DNA of 64,000 nucleotides, taken from positions 10 through 64,009 of the forward strand of contig JAFGTC010000267.1 in NCBI GenBank assembly GCA_016934335.1, given 5' to 3'. This document shows positions 18,396 to 27,095 of this stretch, in pieces. Under the pieces are notes generated by a model, which saw nothing but the letters and a program-made list of their open reading frames with translations, ran no database searches and was not told where the DNA came from. Source of the stretch: Candidatus Omnitrophota bacterium (GTDB lineage: Bacteria; Hinthialibacterota; Hinthialibacteria; Hinthialibacterales; Hinthialibacteraceae). The position numbers and the translations under genes were made by a program. Every line of letters starts with the position of its first letter. The first letter of the stretch is position 1.

Positions 18396-20111
18396 CTAGC
18401 GTTCGATGTATTGCTTCATGCGCTTGAGGCCCTCACGGATGTTGTCCGTGGAGGTAGCGAACGAGAGCCGGATGTATTCCTGGTCTTCGCCTTCGTTTTT
18501 CCGGCCGAAGCAGGTGCGCGGCAGAACCGCGACGCCGGCCTGCTCGAGCAGACCTCGCTGCAGTTCATTGGCGGTTTGCATTCCCAGGCGGCGGCAGGCG
18601 CCGGTCACATTGGGGAAGACGTAAAACGCCCCCTGCGCGGGGAGGCAGCGAACGCCTTCGATGGCGTTCAAGCCGTCCACGATGATTTTGCTGCGCTCTT
18701 TGAACTGCTCGATCATATAGAGGGATTCGTCTTGAGAGCCCAGCAGCGCCTGCGTCCCGGCGATTTGCGAGAATGTGCATGAGCAGCTGTCGATATTGGT
18801 TTCGATTTTCGCCACCTGTTCGGCGAGGAGTTTGTTCATAACGCCGTAACCGAGCCGCCAGCCGGTCATGGCGTACGTTTTGGAGAAGCCATCGACAATG
18901 ATCGTGCGTTCTTTCATGCCGGCGACGCTGGCGATGGAATTGAATTCGCCGTCAAATATGATCTGCGAGTAAACTTCGTCGGCGATGACCCAGAGATTGT
19001 GATCGACGGCCAGGCGGGCGATTTCGCGCAGTTCGCTTTCGCCCAATAAGGTCCCCGTCGGGTTGCCCGGCGAGTTGATGACGATCATACGGATTTTCGG
19101 CGTGATGCTGTGCACCAATTGATCGACCGAAAAATTCCAGTTTTGTGATTCGAGCAGCGGAAGAGGCTTGGCATGAGCGCCGATCCAATCGGCGACCGAT
19201 TCATAGATCGGGTAGCCCGGATTGGGATAGAGCACCTCGTCGCCGGGATTGAGCAGAGCCATCATGACGTCGAAGACGATCGGTTTGGCGCCGGGGGTGA
19301 CGACCACTTCCTCCGGATCGACGGGGATGCGGCGGGTGCGCTGCATATATTGGGCGATGGCTTGCCGCAGTTCCGGCAGACCGTTGCTGGGGCCGTAATG
19401 CGTATATCCCTGATCCAGGGCTCGCTTAGCTGTCTCGCGAATATGCGAGGGCGTATCGAAATCCGGTTCGCCCAGGCCGAACGAGATGATGTCGCGTCCT
19501 TGTTCTTTGAGTTGGTTTACTTCCGCCAATACGGAAAACGCCGTCTCGGTTCCCAAACGAGACATGCGATTCGACAGTGACGGGAGATCGGAGGATGCGC
19601 CGGCGTCGATGAGCAGAGTTCCCGTCAAGGGAGCGACGATCCAGAGCGGTTTATCGGGATGTTTCGAATGCGCGCGCAGGAGAGCGTCGAGGCTTTCTAC
19701 TGTCAGTTCATCCGCATTCTGAATATTCCAGCGCGGCGCGTCGACCGGCGGCTCCGGAGAGAAGACCGTCACGCGAATATGGGGATTTTTGTTGACGAAA
19801 TTGGCGTCATTCGAATCGATCAAACAAAAAATGCGCTGCGCAGCGGCGCCGTTTTTCAAACAGGATTCCAAAGAACTTAGGCCCGCGGTTGGGATGCAGC
19901 GGGCGGGGCAGCCGATCGACTGATAGGCGTCTTTTACGATGCCGGCGTATCGTTCGGAAAAAAGCAGCCGATCGCCTCCCGGCCACTGAGGATTGACCGG
20001 ATCGAGACGCATTTCGGAAAACAAGAGAAATCCCACAGCGTTGACGAGCGACGAGCATCGGTTGGGGGATCGAATCTCGTTCAGTTTATTGAGTAAATCG
20101 GATTGGTTCAT
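18396..20111 (-). CDS. Class I/II PLP-dependent aminotransferase with ~180-aa N-terminal extension (transketolase-N-like fragment)
   Basis: The aminotransferase core runs from about aa 183 (GLGEPDFDTP...; SKTYAMTGWRLGYG lysine motif). The N-terminal RLDPVNPQWPGGDRLLFSERYAG resembles the transketolase N-terminal R-DPKNPKWPDRDRFVLSKGHAS but lacks the His. An alternative start sits at 19565. Confidence 0.6.
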   Translation of the reverse strand: MNQSDLLNKLNEIRSPNRCSSLVNAVGFLLFSEMRLDPVNPQWPGGDRLLFSERYAGIVKDAYQSIGCPARCIPTAGLSSLESCLKNGAAAQRIFCLIDSNDANFVNKNPHIRVTVFSPEPPVDAPRWNIQNADELTVESLDALLRAHSKHPDKPLWIVAPLTGTLLIDAGASSDLPSLSNRMSRLGTETAFSVLAEVNQLKEQGRDIISFGLGEPDFDTPSHIRETAKRALDQGYTHYGPSNGLPELRQAIAQYMQRTRRIPVDPEEVVVTPGAKPIVFDVMMALLNPGDEVLYPNPGYPIYESVADWIGAHAKPLPLLESQNWNFSVDQLVHSITPKIRMIVINSPGNPTGTLLGESELREIARLAVDHNLWVIADEVYSQIIFDGEFNSIASVAGMKERTIIVDGFSKTYAMTGWRLGYGVMNKLLAEQVAKIETNIDSCSCTFSQIAGTQALLGSQDESLYMIEQFKERSKIIVDGLNAIEGVRCLPAQGAFYVFPNVTGACRRLGMQTANELQRGLLEQAGVAVLPRTCFGRKNEGEDQEYIRLSFATSTDNIREGLKRMKQYIER

Positions 20112-20126
20112 GCTTATTCCGTCTCG

Positions 20127-22199
20127 TTAGTTCCTCGGCAAAAGTTCCATGTTTTTCCCGCGCACGGAGGGCATGCGCTTCACGGCTTCATTGGCCGACA
20201 AGCCTCCATTGATGACGCTGCAGACCGCTTCCGCCGTCGCGGCCGGATCGTCGGGGCCGGGATAAAGAACATTGCGGCCCACCAGCGCTCCGCGGACGTT
20301 TTCGCCTTCGCCCATGCCGCGCTCAAATTGTTCGATGACCGATATGGGATTTCCTTTCGACTCGCCGCCCAGCATCAAAATGGGGCCGGAGAACGATTGC
20401 ACGACCCGGTTGTAATTGTTGACGTAAGGAATTTTGAGCCAGACATTGGCGGAAGAGTGCGACAGTCCGGAAGCGACGCCGATCACGCGAATCAAGGCGT
20501 CGGCATCTACGATGGTCTGATATTTTCCATCGATGCTTTTTACAGGCAGCGGCTCTAAAAACACAGGAAGTTGAACTTCGTGGCAGGCTTCGATGCTGCG
20601 AGCGCATTCTTCCATGGTTTGAATGGCGTAGCGGTCGTAAGGATCGGGAATGGCCAGACGCAGCAGCAGTTTCGCGCCGTCCAGGTTCAGTTTTTTGATC
20701 TTTTTCACGTCGCGATAGGCCGTCATGCGATCGAGCAGTTCGTATTTCGCGCCGGCTAAACCGCTGCGATTCATGCAGGCGATCAGAACGCGATTGTCGA
20801 GAAAACTATGGCCGTTTTTTTCTTCATACACGGCGTCCAGAAGAACCAAATCTTCAATCACGTCGGCTGTGGCCATGATGCCGTCCACGGCCGAGGCCGT
20901 CATCACGCGGGCGCAGCGGCCCAGGTAATCGAAGCGGTTGCCCATGGCGACGGGATCGTCGCCGACGTTGGTTACCATGCGGGCGGGATGGTCGGCGGCC
21001 AGGATCACCAGTCTACCGTCAGGCGCCAAAACTTCGCGCTGCTTGCGCTTCATCATGCGCTCTTCGATGAGCCGGGGTTGTTTGACGCGCATATCGGACA
21101 ATCGGTCCCACAGATCGTCGGTCAAAAAGCGGCGGGTTTGGAAAATGAAATTTCGCGGCAGCGCGTAATTGACGTCGATCCGGTTGCGGCAGGTGAAATA
21201 AAACGATTTAGCCGATGCGGCGATGTCTTCGGGAATTTCGCTGCCGATCGGTTTGATTTCAAAGGATACTGTGCCTTCGTATTGCGATTCGGCCAGCGCG
21301 TGAAGATAGCCCGCCAGGGCGTCCATGGTCAATTCGCCGTCGCTGACGTTGAAGGCGGGATGAGCGTCGCCGTAGCGCCGGTCGCCGTCAGGCGCGTTGC
21401 GGTTCAAAACTGTATTGGCGATATGAACGTGACCCAGATAGGGAATGAATTTTTTGAGTACGTTCGGACCTTCGCCGGAGATCAGCATGTGGCTCGTATC
21501 GATCATCAGGCCGAATTCATTGTGGCCGTAATAATGACGAACCGATTCAACCAGCCGTTCGGCCCGATCCGCCGAACCCACCAGAGCTTCTTTGAAAAAA
21601 CTGGTTCCGGGAATGTTAGTGCGTCCGTCGAAGATTTCAATCACGGGCTGCATAGGAGTATGGGCGCCCGCTTTTTCCTTCAAGTAGAGGCATATTTCAT
21701 GGACGGAGCGCCGCAATTGCGCCAGCCCTTCTTCGCTGACTCGCTCGGCGGCGTCGCCCTCCAGGTTTTGGAGAATGGCCGGATCCTTGCCGCTGTAGAA
21801 GGCGAATTTGTCGCAGCCGTATTCGGCGGCTTCGTCGATGCATTCCTTGAGACGATCCATCGCTTTGATGCGCTCGTTTTCGTCTAAAGAAGAAATATCC
21901 GACGGTTCGACAATGTTGTCTTCGTTAATGATTTGCACCAATTGGGCGGTGTAGACGACTTCCTGCAGTTTGTTCTCTTTCCGGGCCTGATCGAGAAGCG
22001 TCTTCACTTCGTTTCGGATGGAAGGCGTCTTGATGCGCGTGATTTCCACCGATTGAAAATCCGGATCGTCGATGATCCATTTCAGGCTCTTGAGGACGTA
22101 TTCTTTCCGGCCTTCTCCGCGCATCACGGAACCGGTATTTCCGGGTCCGGGAAACAACACTGGATGAACAATTCCCAATACATTTCTTTCCAAAGCCAC
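20127..22199 (-). CDS. Two-domain fusion: xylose-isomerase-like TIM-barrel (sugar phosphate isomerase/epimerase) + class I aldolase (DeoC/LacD/DhnA-like)
   Basis: N-half GLMIDTSHM...LGHVHIAN is a xylose-isomerase-like TIM motif. C-half LVILAADHPARM...KLLLRLAIPDP...VWLKIPYV...PILMLGGESKG resembles class I Lys-aldolases. Confidence 0.5.
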   Translation of the reverse strand: MALERNVLGIVHPVLFPGPGNTGSVMRGEGRKEYVLKSLKWIIDDPDFQSVEITRIKTPSIRNEVKTLLDQARKENKLQEVVYTAQLVQIINEDNIVEPSDISSLDENERIKAMDRLKECIDEAAEYGCDKFAFYSGKDPAILQNLEGDAAERVSEEGLAQLRRSVHEICLYLKEKAGAHTPMQPVIEIFDGRTNIPGTSFFKEALVGSADRAERLVESVRHYYGHNEFGLMIDTSHMLISGEGPNVLKKFIPYLGHVHIANTVLNRNAPDGDRRYGDAHPAFNVSDGELTMDALAGYLHALAESQYEGTVSFEIKPIGSEIPEDIAASAKSFYFTCRNRIDVNYALPRNFIFQTRRFLTDDLWDRLSDMRVKQPRLIEERMMKRKQREVLAPDGRLVILAADHPARMVTNVGDDPVAMGNRFDYLGRCARVMTASAVDGIMATADVIEDLVLLDAVYEEKNGHSFLDNRVLIACMNRSGLAGAKYELLDRMTAYRDVKKIKKLNLDGAKLLLRLAIPDPYDRYAIQTMEECARSIEACHEVQLPVFLEPLPVKSIDGKYQTIVDADALIRVIGVASGLSHSSANVWLKIPYVNNYNRVVQSFSGPILMLGGESKGNPISVIEQFERGMGEGENVRGALVGRNVLYPGPDDPAATAEAVCSVINGGLSANEAVKRMPSVRGKNMELLPRN

Positions 22200-22387
22200 G
22201 GCTAATTCTCCAAACGATAACGTTAATCTTTCCAGGAATTACATGATTATAAGAGGTTCCCCCTTAAAAAGGAAACCCTGAGAGAGAATTTTCCGAGTCC
22301 TTGAAATATAATTTTATCCATGAAACCATGAGAATCCTTCGTATAAGGAAGGATCTATTTTTTTCGAGCGGAGGCGAAAAAGAAGCG

Positions 22388-23953
22388 ATGCATACGCGAC
22401 GAGACGTTTTAAAAACACTGGGAGCGGGATCTTTAGCGCTCGCCGCTCCCTTTGCATTGGCCGCGAGAGAAAATCCATCGAAAAAGCCGCCCAATATTGT
22501 ATTGATCCTGGCGGACGATATGGGCTGGTCCGATCTCGGCTGCTATGGAGGGGAAATCGCCACGCCCCATCTCGATCGTTTGGCGGAGGGCGGCGTTCGC
22601 TTCACGCAATTTCACAATACGGCCAAATGCTTTCCTTCGAGAGCCTGTTTGTTGACGGGGCTTTATGCGCAGCAGTGCGGCATGGATCGGAAGCCGGCTG
22701 TGCTGCAAAATTGCGTTACGCTCGCCGAAGCGTTGCGCTCCGCCGGCTATCGAACGCTGATGGCGGGGAAGCATCATGGGACGGAGAATATGCATGATCG
22801 CGGATTTGACCGCTATTTCGGGCTGCGCGATGGATGCTGCAATTATTTCAATCCCGGACTGCAGCGCGAGGGGGAGGGGAAGCCCGCGCAGAAGCGCAGC
22901 GATCGCTATTGGTGCATCGATGACAAGACGTATTCTCCGTATACGCCCAAAGAAAAAGACTTTTATACCACGGATTATTTCACGAAATATGCGCTGCGCT
23001 ATTTGGATGAATATCAAGGGGAAGACAAACCGTTCTTTCTTTATTTGGCATATACGGCGCCTCACGATCCTCTGATGGCATGGCCGGAAGACATTCAAAA
23101 GTACAGCGAAACGTACAAAGTCGGATATGAAGCGATTCGACAGGCCCGATACGCTCGTCAAAAACAGATGAGATTGATCGACGACCGCTTCCCCTGCTCG
23201 GAAGCGACGCATCCCGACTGGGATTCGTTGACGGAGCAAGAGAGGAAGGAAGAAGCGAGGAAAATGGCGGTTTACGCCGCCATGATCGACCGCATGGATC
23301 AGAACATCGGGAACGTGTTGAAAAAAATCCGCGACATGGGCGAGGAGGAGAATACGCTGGTTTTATTTGCATCCGATAACGGATGCTCCGCGGAAGTAGT
23401 TCGAAGCGGATATAACGTCCCCGGCGAGGGGGAAATCGGTTCTATGACGCGCTGGTCGTCTTTGGGGGGCGACTGGGCGAACGTCAGCAATACGCCGTAT
23501 CGTTTGTATAAGAATTACAGCCATGAGGGCGGTATTTGCACGCCGCTCATTGCGTATTGGCCCGGCGGGATCCAAAACGCCGGCCGAGTCAGCCGCAGGC
23601 TCGGGCATTTCATCGATGTCATGCCGACTTTGTTGGACGCTGCGGCGGCGGATTATCCAACCGAACTTCGAGGCGAAGCCGTAGTCCCATTTGAAGGGGA
23701 GAGTTTCCTTCCCGAACTTCGGGGAAAAGACGAAAAGCGCCAATCTCCCATTTTTTGGAAGTGGTCGAAAGGGCGAGCCGTTCGAAATAATGAGTGGAAA
23801 CTGGTTTCATGGAACAACGGCTGGGAACTGTACGACATGCAGCGCGATAAGACGGAGACGCGCAATGTCGCGGACAAGAATCCAGAAGTTGTTAAGAAAA
23901 TGGAAGTAATGTATCGGGATTGGCTGAAGAAATGCGGCGTGCAGGAAGATTGA
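22388..23953 (+). CDS. Arylsulfatase-family sulfatase with Tat signal peptide
   Basis: MHTRRDVLKTLGAGSLALAAPFALAA is a twin-arginine signal. Sulfatase signature C-x-P-x-R in CFPSRACLLTG. The longer ORF starting at 22301 is unlikely; GGAGG RBS sits before 22388. Confidence 0.8.
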   Translation: MHTRRDVLKTLGAGSLALAAPFALAARENPSKKPPNIVLILADDMGWSDLGCYGGEIATPHLDRLAEGGVRFTQFHNTAKCFPSRACLLTGLYAQQCGMDRKPAVLQNCVTLAEALRSAGYRTLMAGKHHGTENMHDRGFDRYFGLRDGCCNYFNPGLQREGEGKPAQKRSDRYWCIDDKTYSPYTPKEKDFYTTDYFTKYALRYLDEYQGEDKPFFLYLAYTAPHDPLMAWPEDIQKYSETYKVGYEAIRQARYARQKQMRLIDDRFPCSEATHPDWDSLTEQERKEEARKMAVYAAMIDRMDQNIGNVLKKIRDMGEEENTLVLFASDNGCSAEVVRSGYNVPGEGEIGSMTRWSSLGGDWANVSNTPYRLYKNYSHEGGICTPLIAYWPGGIQNAGRVSRRLGHFIDVMPTLLDAAAADYPTELRGEAVVPFEGESFLPELRGKDEKRQSPIFWKWSKGRAVRNNEWKLVSWNNGWELYDMQRDKTETRNVADKNPEVVKKMEVMYRDWLKKCGVQED

Positions 23954-23998
23954 ATTTTCTTGAAGGCTCTTGCAATTGATATCCGACTTAATCAATCA

Positions 23999-24034
23999 AA
24001 AACCGGTTGAAAGATTTCTCTCTCAACCGGTTGT
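23999..24034. terminator. Inverted repeat AACCGGTTGA-N12-TCAACCGGTT between convergent genes
   Basis: 10-bp perfect stem read directly; it lies between the sulfatase end (23953) and the 24050..24820 minus-strand gene end. Confidence 0.45.
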
Positions 24035-24049
24035 TGGATTAGAGACGCA

Positions 24050-24820
24050 TTACCAGGTTATATAACTCAAGTTGGGATGATAGCGTAGATTATGCGTTTC
24101 CATGCCGCGCAGGTAAGGAGCGCATTCTTTATATAATGCATAGATTTCTTCGCCGATTTTTTCATCCCGTTTTTCGATCTCTTTGGATATGGATGCTTCG
24201 TCTTCGCCGGCGATGGCGACGAGCAGTGCGGGAAGATCGTTTCCGCTGATCACTTCATAGATTTGGTGTCCTAAGGCGATGTCATTTTCTCTGCATAGAT
24301 TATTTAACTTTTGGGAAATTTCTTTGACTTGATACATCTTTCCCGGAACGATTTTGTAGGTGATGACTTTACAGAAAAACGGCTTTGATTTGTCGAATTC
24401 AAACGCTGGATTTTCAGGTTGATAACTCAAGTTGGGAAGATATTCTGCAAACATTCTAGATCGTTGACTCACGCAAGCCATATGTTGGGATACCAAATCT
24501 TTAACTTCTTCTTTGCCGACTCGTTCTTGAAATTCAGTCCATTTTTCATGCATCGCGTCAAGTTGGGAAAAATTTTCGAAAATGTAGACCCATTCAACCT
24601 CGAAGTCTTCCGAATAACAAAGATAGGGGGCCGGGTAATTGTGCTCTAAAGAACCCTTGGCCATTTCTTCTGAAATCTGCATGTATTGGCCCATCATCGC
24701 CGGTTGAACGACATCCCTATCGATCAAAATGATATGCTTCTCTTGAGCAATAGCGCCCATTGCGAAGAGCATGATCGCCAATCCCGTCATAAGTCCGCGC
24801 ATCCACTGTTTTTTAACCAT
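24050..24820 (-). CDS. Secreted hypothetical protein with internal duplication
   Basis: N-terminal signal peptide (LMTGLAIMLFAMGAIAQE). Repeated PNLSY-containing segments correspond to three caagttggga DNA repeats. Confidence 0.4.
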   Translation of the reverse strand: MVKKQWMRGLMTGLAIMLFAMGAIAQEKHIILIDRDVVQPAMMGQYMQISEEMAKGSLEHNYPAPYLCYSEDFEVEWVYIFENFSQLDAMHEKWTEFQERVGKEEVKDLVSQHMACVSQRSRMFAEYLPNLSYQPENPAFEFDKSKPFFCKVITYKIVPGKMYQVKEISQKLNNLCRENDIALGHQIYEVISGNDLPALLVAIAGEDEASISKEIEKRDEKIGEEIYALYKECAPYLRGMETHNLRYHPNLSYITW

Positions 24821-25053
24821 TTTTTTCTCCTATGAGATGATTTTGTTTCGGAGAAGAAGAGTCATTGGTGGGAGGGATATTATGCTTATGCGAAGGTATT
24901 TTGTCAACAAAAAATTTTGGTAAATCATTCAATATATAAAATTACGGTATTTATTTGTAATAACAATCGGAATGATTACTCAAGTAAAGTTTCTAAATTT
25001 TAATTTACAATTAAACATAAAAGCTTCCCTTTAGATAAATAATTTTGCAATTT

Positions 25054-25079
25054 TAGAATAGAATCGATTCTTATTCTAT
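25054..25079. promoter_or_regulatory. Near-perfect palindrome TAGAATAGAATCGATTCTTATTCTA in AT-rich intergenic region
   Basis: Read directly: 10-bp perfect core GAATCGATTC with extended arms carrying one indel. About 270 bp upstream of the LuxR-type regulator gene. Confidence 0.3.
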
Positions 25080-25349
25080 CATTTTTGTTTTATTCTTTTT
25101 CTCATTATTCAATAAATCTATGATATTCAATATGTTATAAAAATGGCATGCTATATGCTAAGTTTGTAGGCATGTTGTAACGTTTTGTGAAAATCGATTG
25201 ATTTCTTTGGAGTCAATTGAAAGAATTCATTCTTCGTTTCGGGTGTTGAGGGCAGGTAAATTGAGGATTTAGAACAGAAGGCAATGGAATTTTTGTATTG
25301 AAATTCCTGATTATTCTCTTGAACAGTTCGAAGCGGAGGCGCAGGAAAA

Positions 25350-26015
25350 ATGACGGCCAAAATTCTGATAGTCGATGGCAATCCTCTTATTCGATTTGGA
25401 TTGCGCAAGTTGCTGGAACATGAACAGGATATCATTCTTTGCGAGGATGCGGCAAACAGCAATGATGCTTTGGAGCAAATCGAAAGATTCAAGCCTGATC
25501 TGATGATTGTCGACATCGAAATCGAGACATCATGGGGGATTGATTTTATTCGATACGTAAAGGATGAATACAGTCAAATACGCATCATTGTTTTTTCGTT
25601 TCTGGATGAAACTATTTATGCGGAGCGCGTGCTGCGAGCGAAGGCCAATGGATTTTTGTCGAAAAATGAAAATTGCGAAAAAATTTTACTGGGAATTCGA
25701 TCGGTTCTTCATGGTGGTTTATGTTTGAGTTCATCGGTTCAGAAGCAAATTGTGGATAAACTCAGTTATGAAAACAAAAGGGAGTCTCCGATCGATTCGC
25801 TGTCCAATCGTGAATTGCAAATCCTTGAGCTGCTATCGAAAGGTCTGAAGCCTTCTCAAGTGGCGGAGTCGCTCCATTTGAGTTCAAAAACCGTGGAGAA
25901 TTATCGTACGAATTTGCGGTTTAAGTTGAAGTTGAACAGTGCGGCGGAATTATATCATTACGCCATTGAATGGAAGAAATCATTGCGAGCGGAAGAAATG
26001 GCGTCGATTAATTGA
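25350..26015 (+). CDS. Response regulator, NarL/FixJ (LuxR-type HTH) family, orphan
   Basis: Receiver domain (ILIVDGNPLIRFGL...DLMIVDIEI) followed by a LuxR HTH (SNRELQILELLSKGLKPSQVAESLHLSSKTVENYRTNL). No histidine kinase nearby. The acidic pocket is atypical, DG rather than DD. Confidence 0.75.
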   Translation: MTAKILIVDGNPLIRFGLRKLLEHEQDIILCEDAANSNDALEQIERFKPDLMIVDIEIETSWGIDFIRYVKDEYSQIRIIVFSFLDETIYAERVLRAKANGFLSKNENCEKILLGIRSVLHGGLCLSSSVQKQIVDKLSYENKRESPIDSLSNRELQILELLSKGLKPSQVAESLHLSSKTVENYRTNLRFKLKLNSAAELYHYAIEWKKSLRAEEMASIN

Positions 26016-26046
26016 ATTGAGCATGGAATAAAAACGTTGGAAGCCT

Positions 26047-26649
26047 TTATGTGATTTTTTCCGAAGGAGCGATTTCTTCCTGCCAATGAGCGACCATATC
26101 TTCTCGTAAATCGCTGAGCGCCGACATGGAATTTTCTATGACGGTTTGATCCAGGAAGGGATTTTCTTCGAGGGGCTGCATTTTGAACGTTGGAAACAGG
26201 GGGGAATCGATTTTGTCAGGGGGGGTATTTTCCAATATACGGATTCGTTGAATTAATTCTAACTGGGATTGCTCCATTTGCTCTCCACAGGCATCCTGGA
26301 TTTCGAGCGTTTGGATCGCATGTTTGGCAAAGAGATTTCTCTCTCCTTTTCGCATAATATGGATGAAGGGCTTCTTGATCATATGGCGAATGGCCAATTC
26401 GTAAAAAACGATGGGATCGCTTCCAGAAAGGTCCGCCAAAAGAAGGTCGTCATCGACAATGCGCCGGATCGTTTGGGGCGAAATTTCGCCCGGCCTTGAA
26501 ATATCGCGCGAGCGAACGATGCGGTAGCCGCATTGAACAGCGGCCGGTTCGATGATTTTCTGGAAGATCGCGTCTCCGTCATTCATTCCCGCGGAATAGT
26601 CTCTACCGTCTGGACTGATTACAAAACAAATCTTCTCTAATTTTTCCAT
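26047..26649 (-). CDS. Standalone nucleoside 2-deoxyribosyltransferase-like / TIR-like Rossmannoid protein
   Basis: The pattern ICFVISPDG...IRRIVDDDLLLADLSGSDPIVFYELAIRHMIKKPFIHI matches the NDT/TIR-like signature (...ADLSG..NVyYElG.A...kP.i.i). The C-terminal 80 aa is acidic and unassigned. The start is taken at the internal MEKLEK (26649), not the extended ORF start at 26835. Confidence 0.4.
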   Translation of the reverse strand: MEKLEKICFVISPDGRDYSAGMNDGDAIFQKIIEPAAVQCGYRIVRSRDISRPGEISPQTIRRIVDDDLLLADLSGSDPIVFYELAIRHMIKKPFIHIMRKGERNLFAKHAIQTLEIQDACGEQMEQSQLELIQRIRILENTPPDKIDSPLFPTFKMQPLEENPFLDQTVIENSMSALSDLREDMVAHWQEEIAPSEKIT

Positions 26650-27095
26650 GATCTTGTCACCGTATTTTAAATGGTGTACAAAGGTGGATGGAAACATTGT
26701 TTGCGCCAATATCGCCTTTGTCCTCAATCCGAATAAGACTAATAAGGAATTCCAGGGATACTGGTGAAAATCATCAATCTTGCTATGAGAATTTCGGTTT
26801 GATGTAAGAAAGATCGATAATTGTTTATTATGCATTCATTGCGTATGACGTTAATTCCCGTCGCATTCGCAATGTACTTGTTTTTGCTATATCTTGTAAA
26901 ATATAGTGATCGGAGAGAATTCTCCCTAGTGTGAAAAAACTCTATTTGCGCGATTGGCTCTCCCTATTTTCTGTAGGGAAATCCATTACAAACGCGAGCT
27001 GCTCATTAGAATGGAAGACGGGCTTCCAGGGCGGGTTTTGTTTTATTTTTTTTATGATGATTGATTGAATTCTTTTTTTTGAGGCGAAAAGAGAT

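Noticed and set aside
25151-25516. 121-aa minus-strand ORF spanning the AT-rich gap and the response-regulator start
   Set aside because: It overlaps the well-supported regulator gene start and is AT-rich low-complexity; probably spurious. The region is better read as regulatory DNA.
26650-26835. 5' extension of the NDT/TIR-like ORF (262-aa version starting at 26835)
   Set aside because: The extension is unrelated low-complexity sequence. The conserved-looking domain begins at the internal MEKLEK (26649), which has a plausible GGTGA Shine-Dalgarno. The longer form is probably an ORF-caller artefact.
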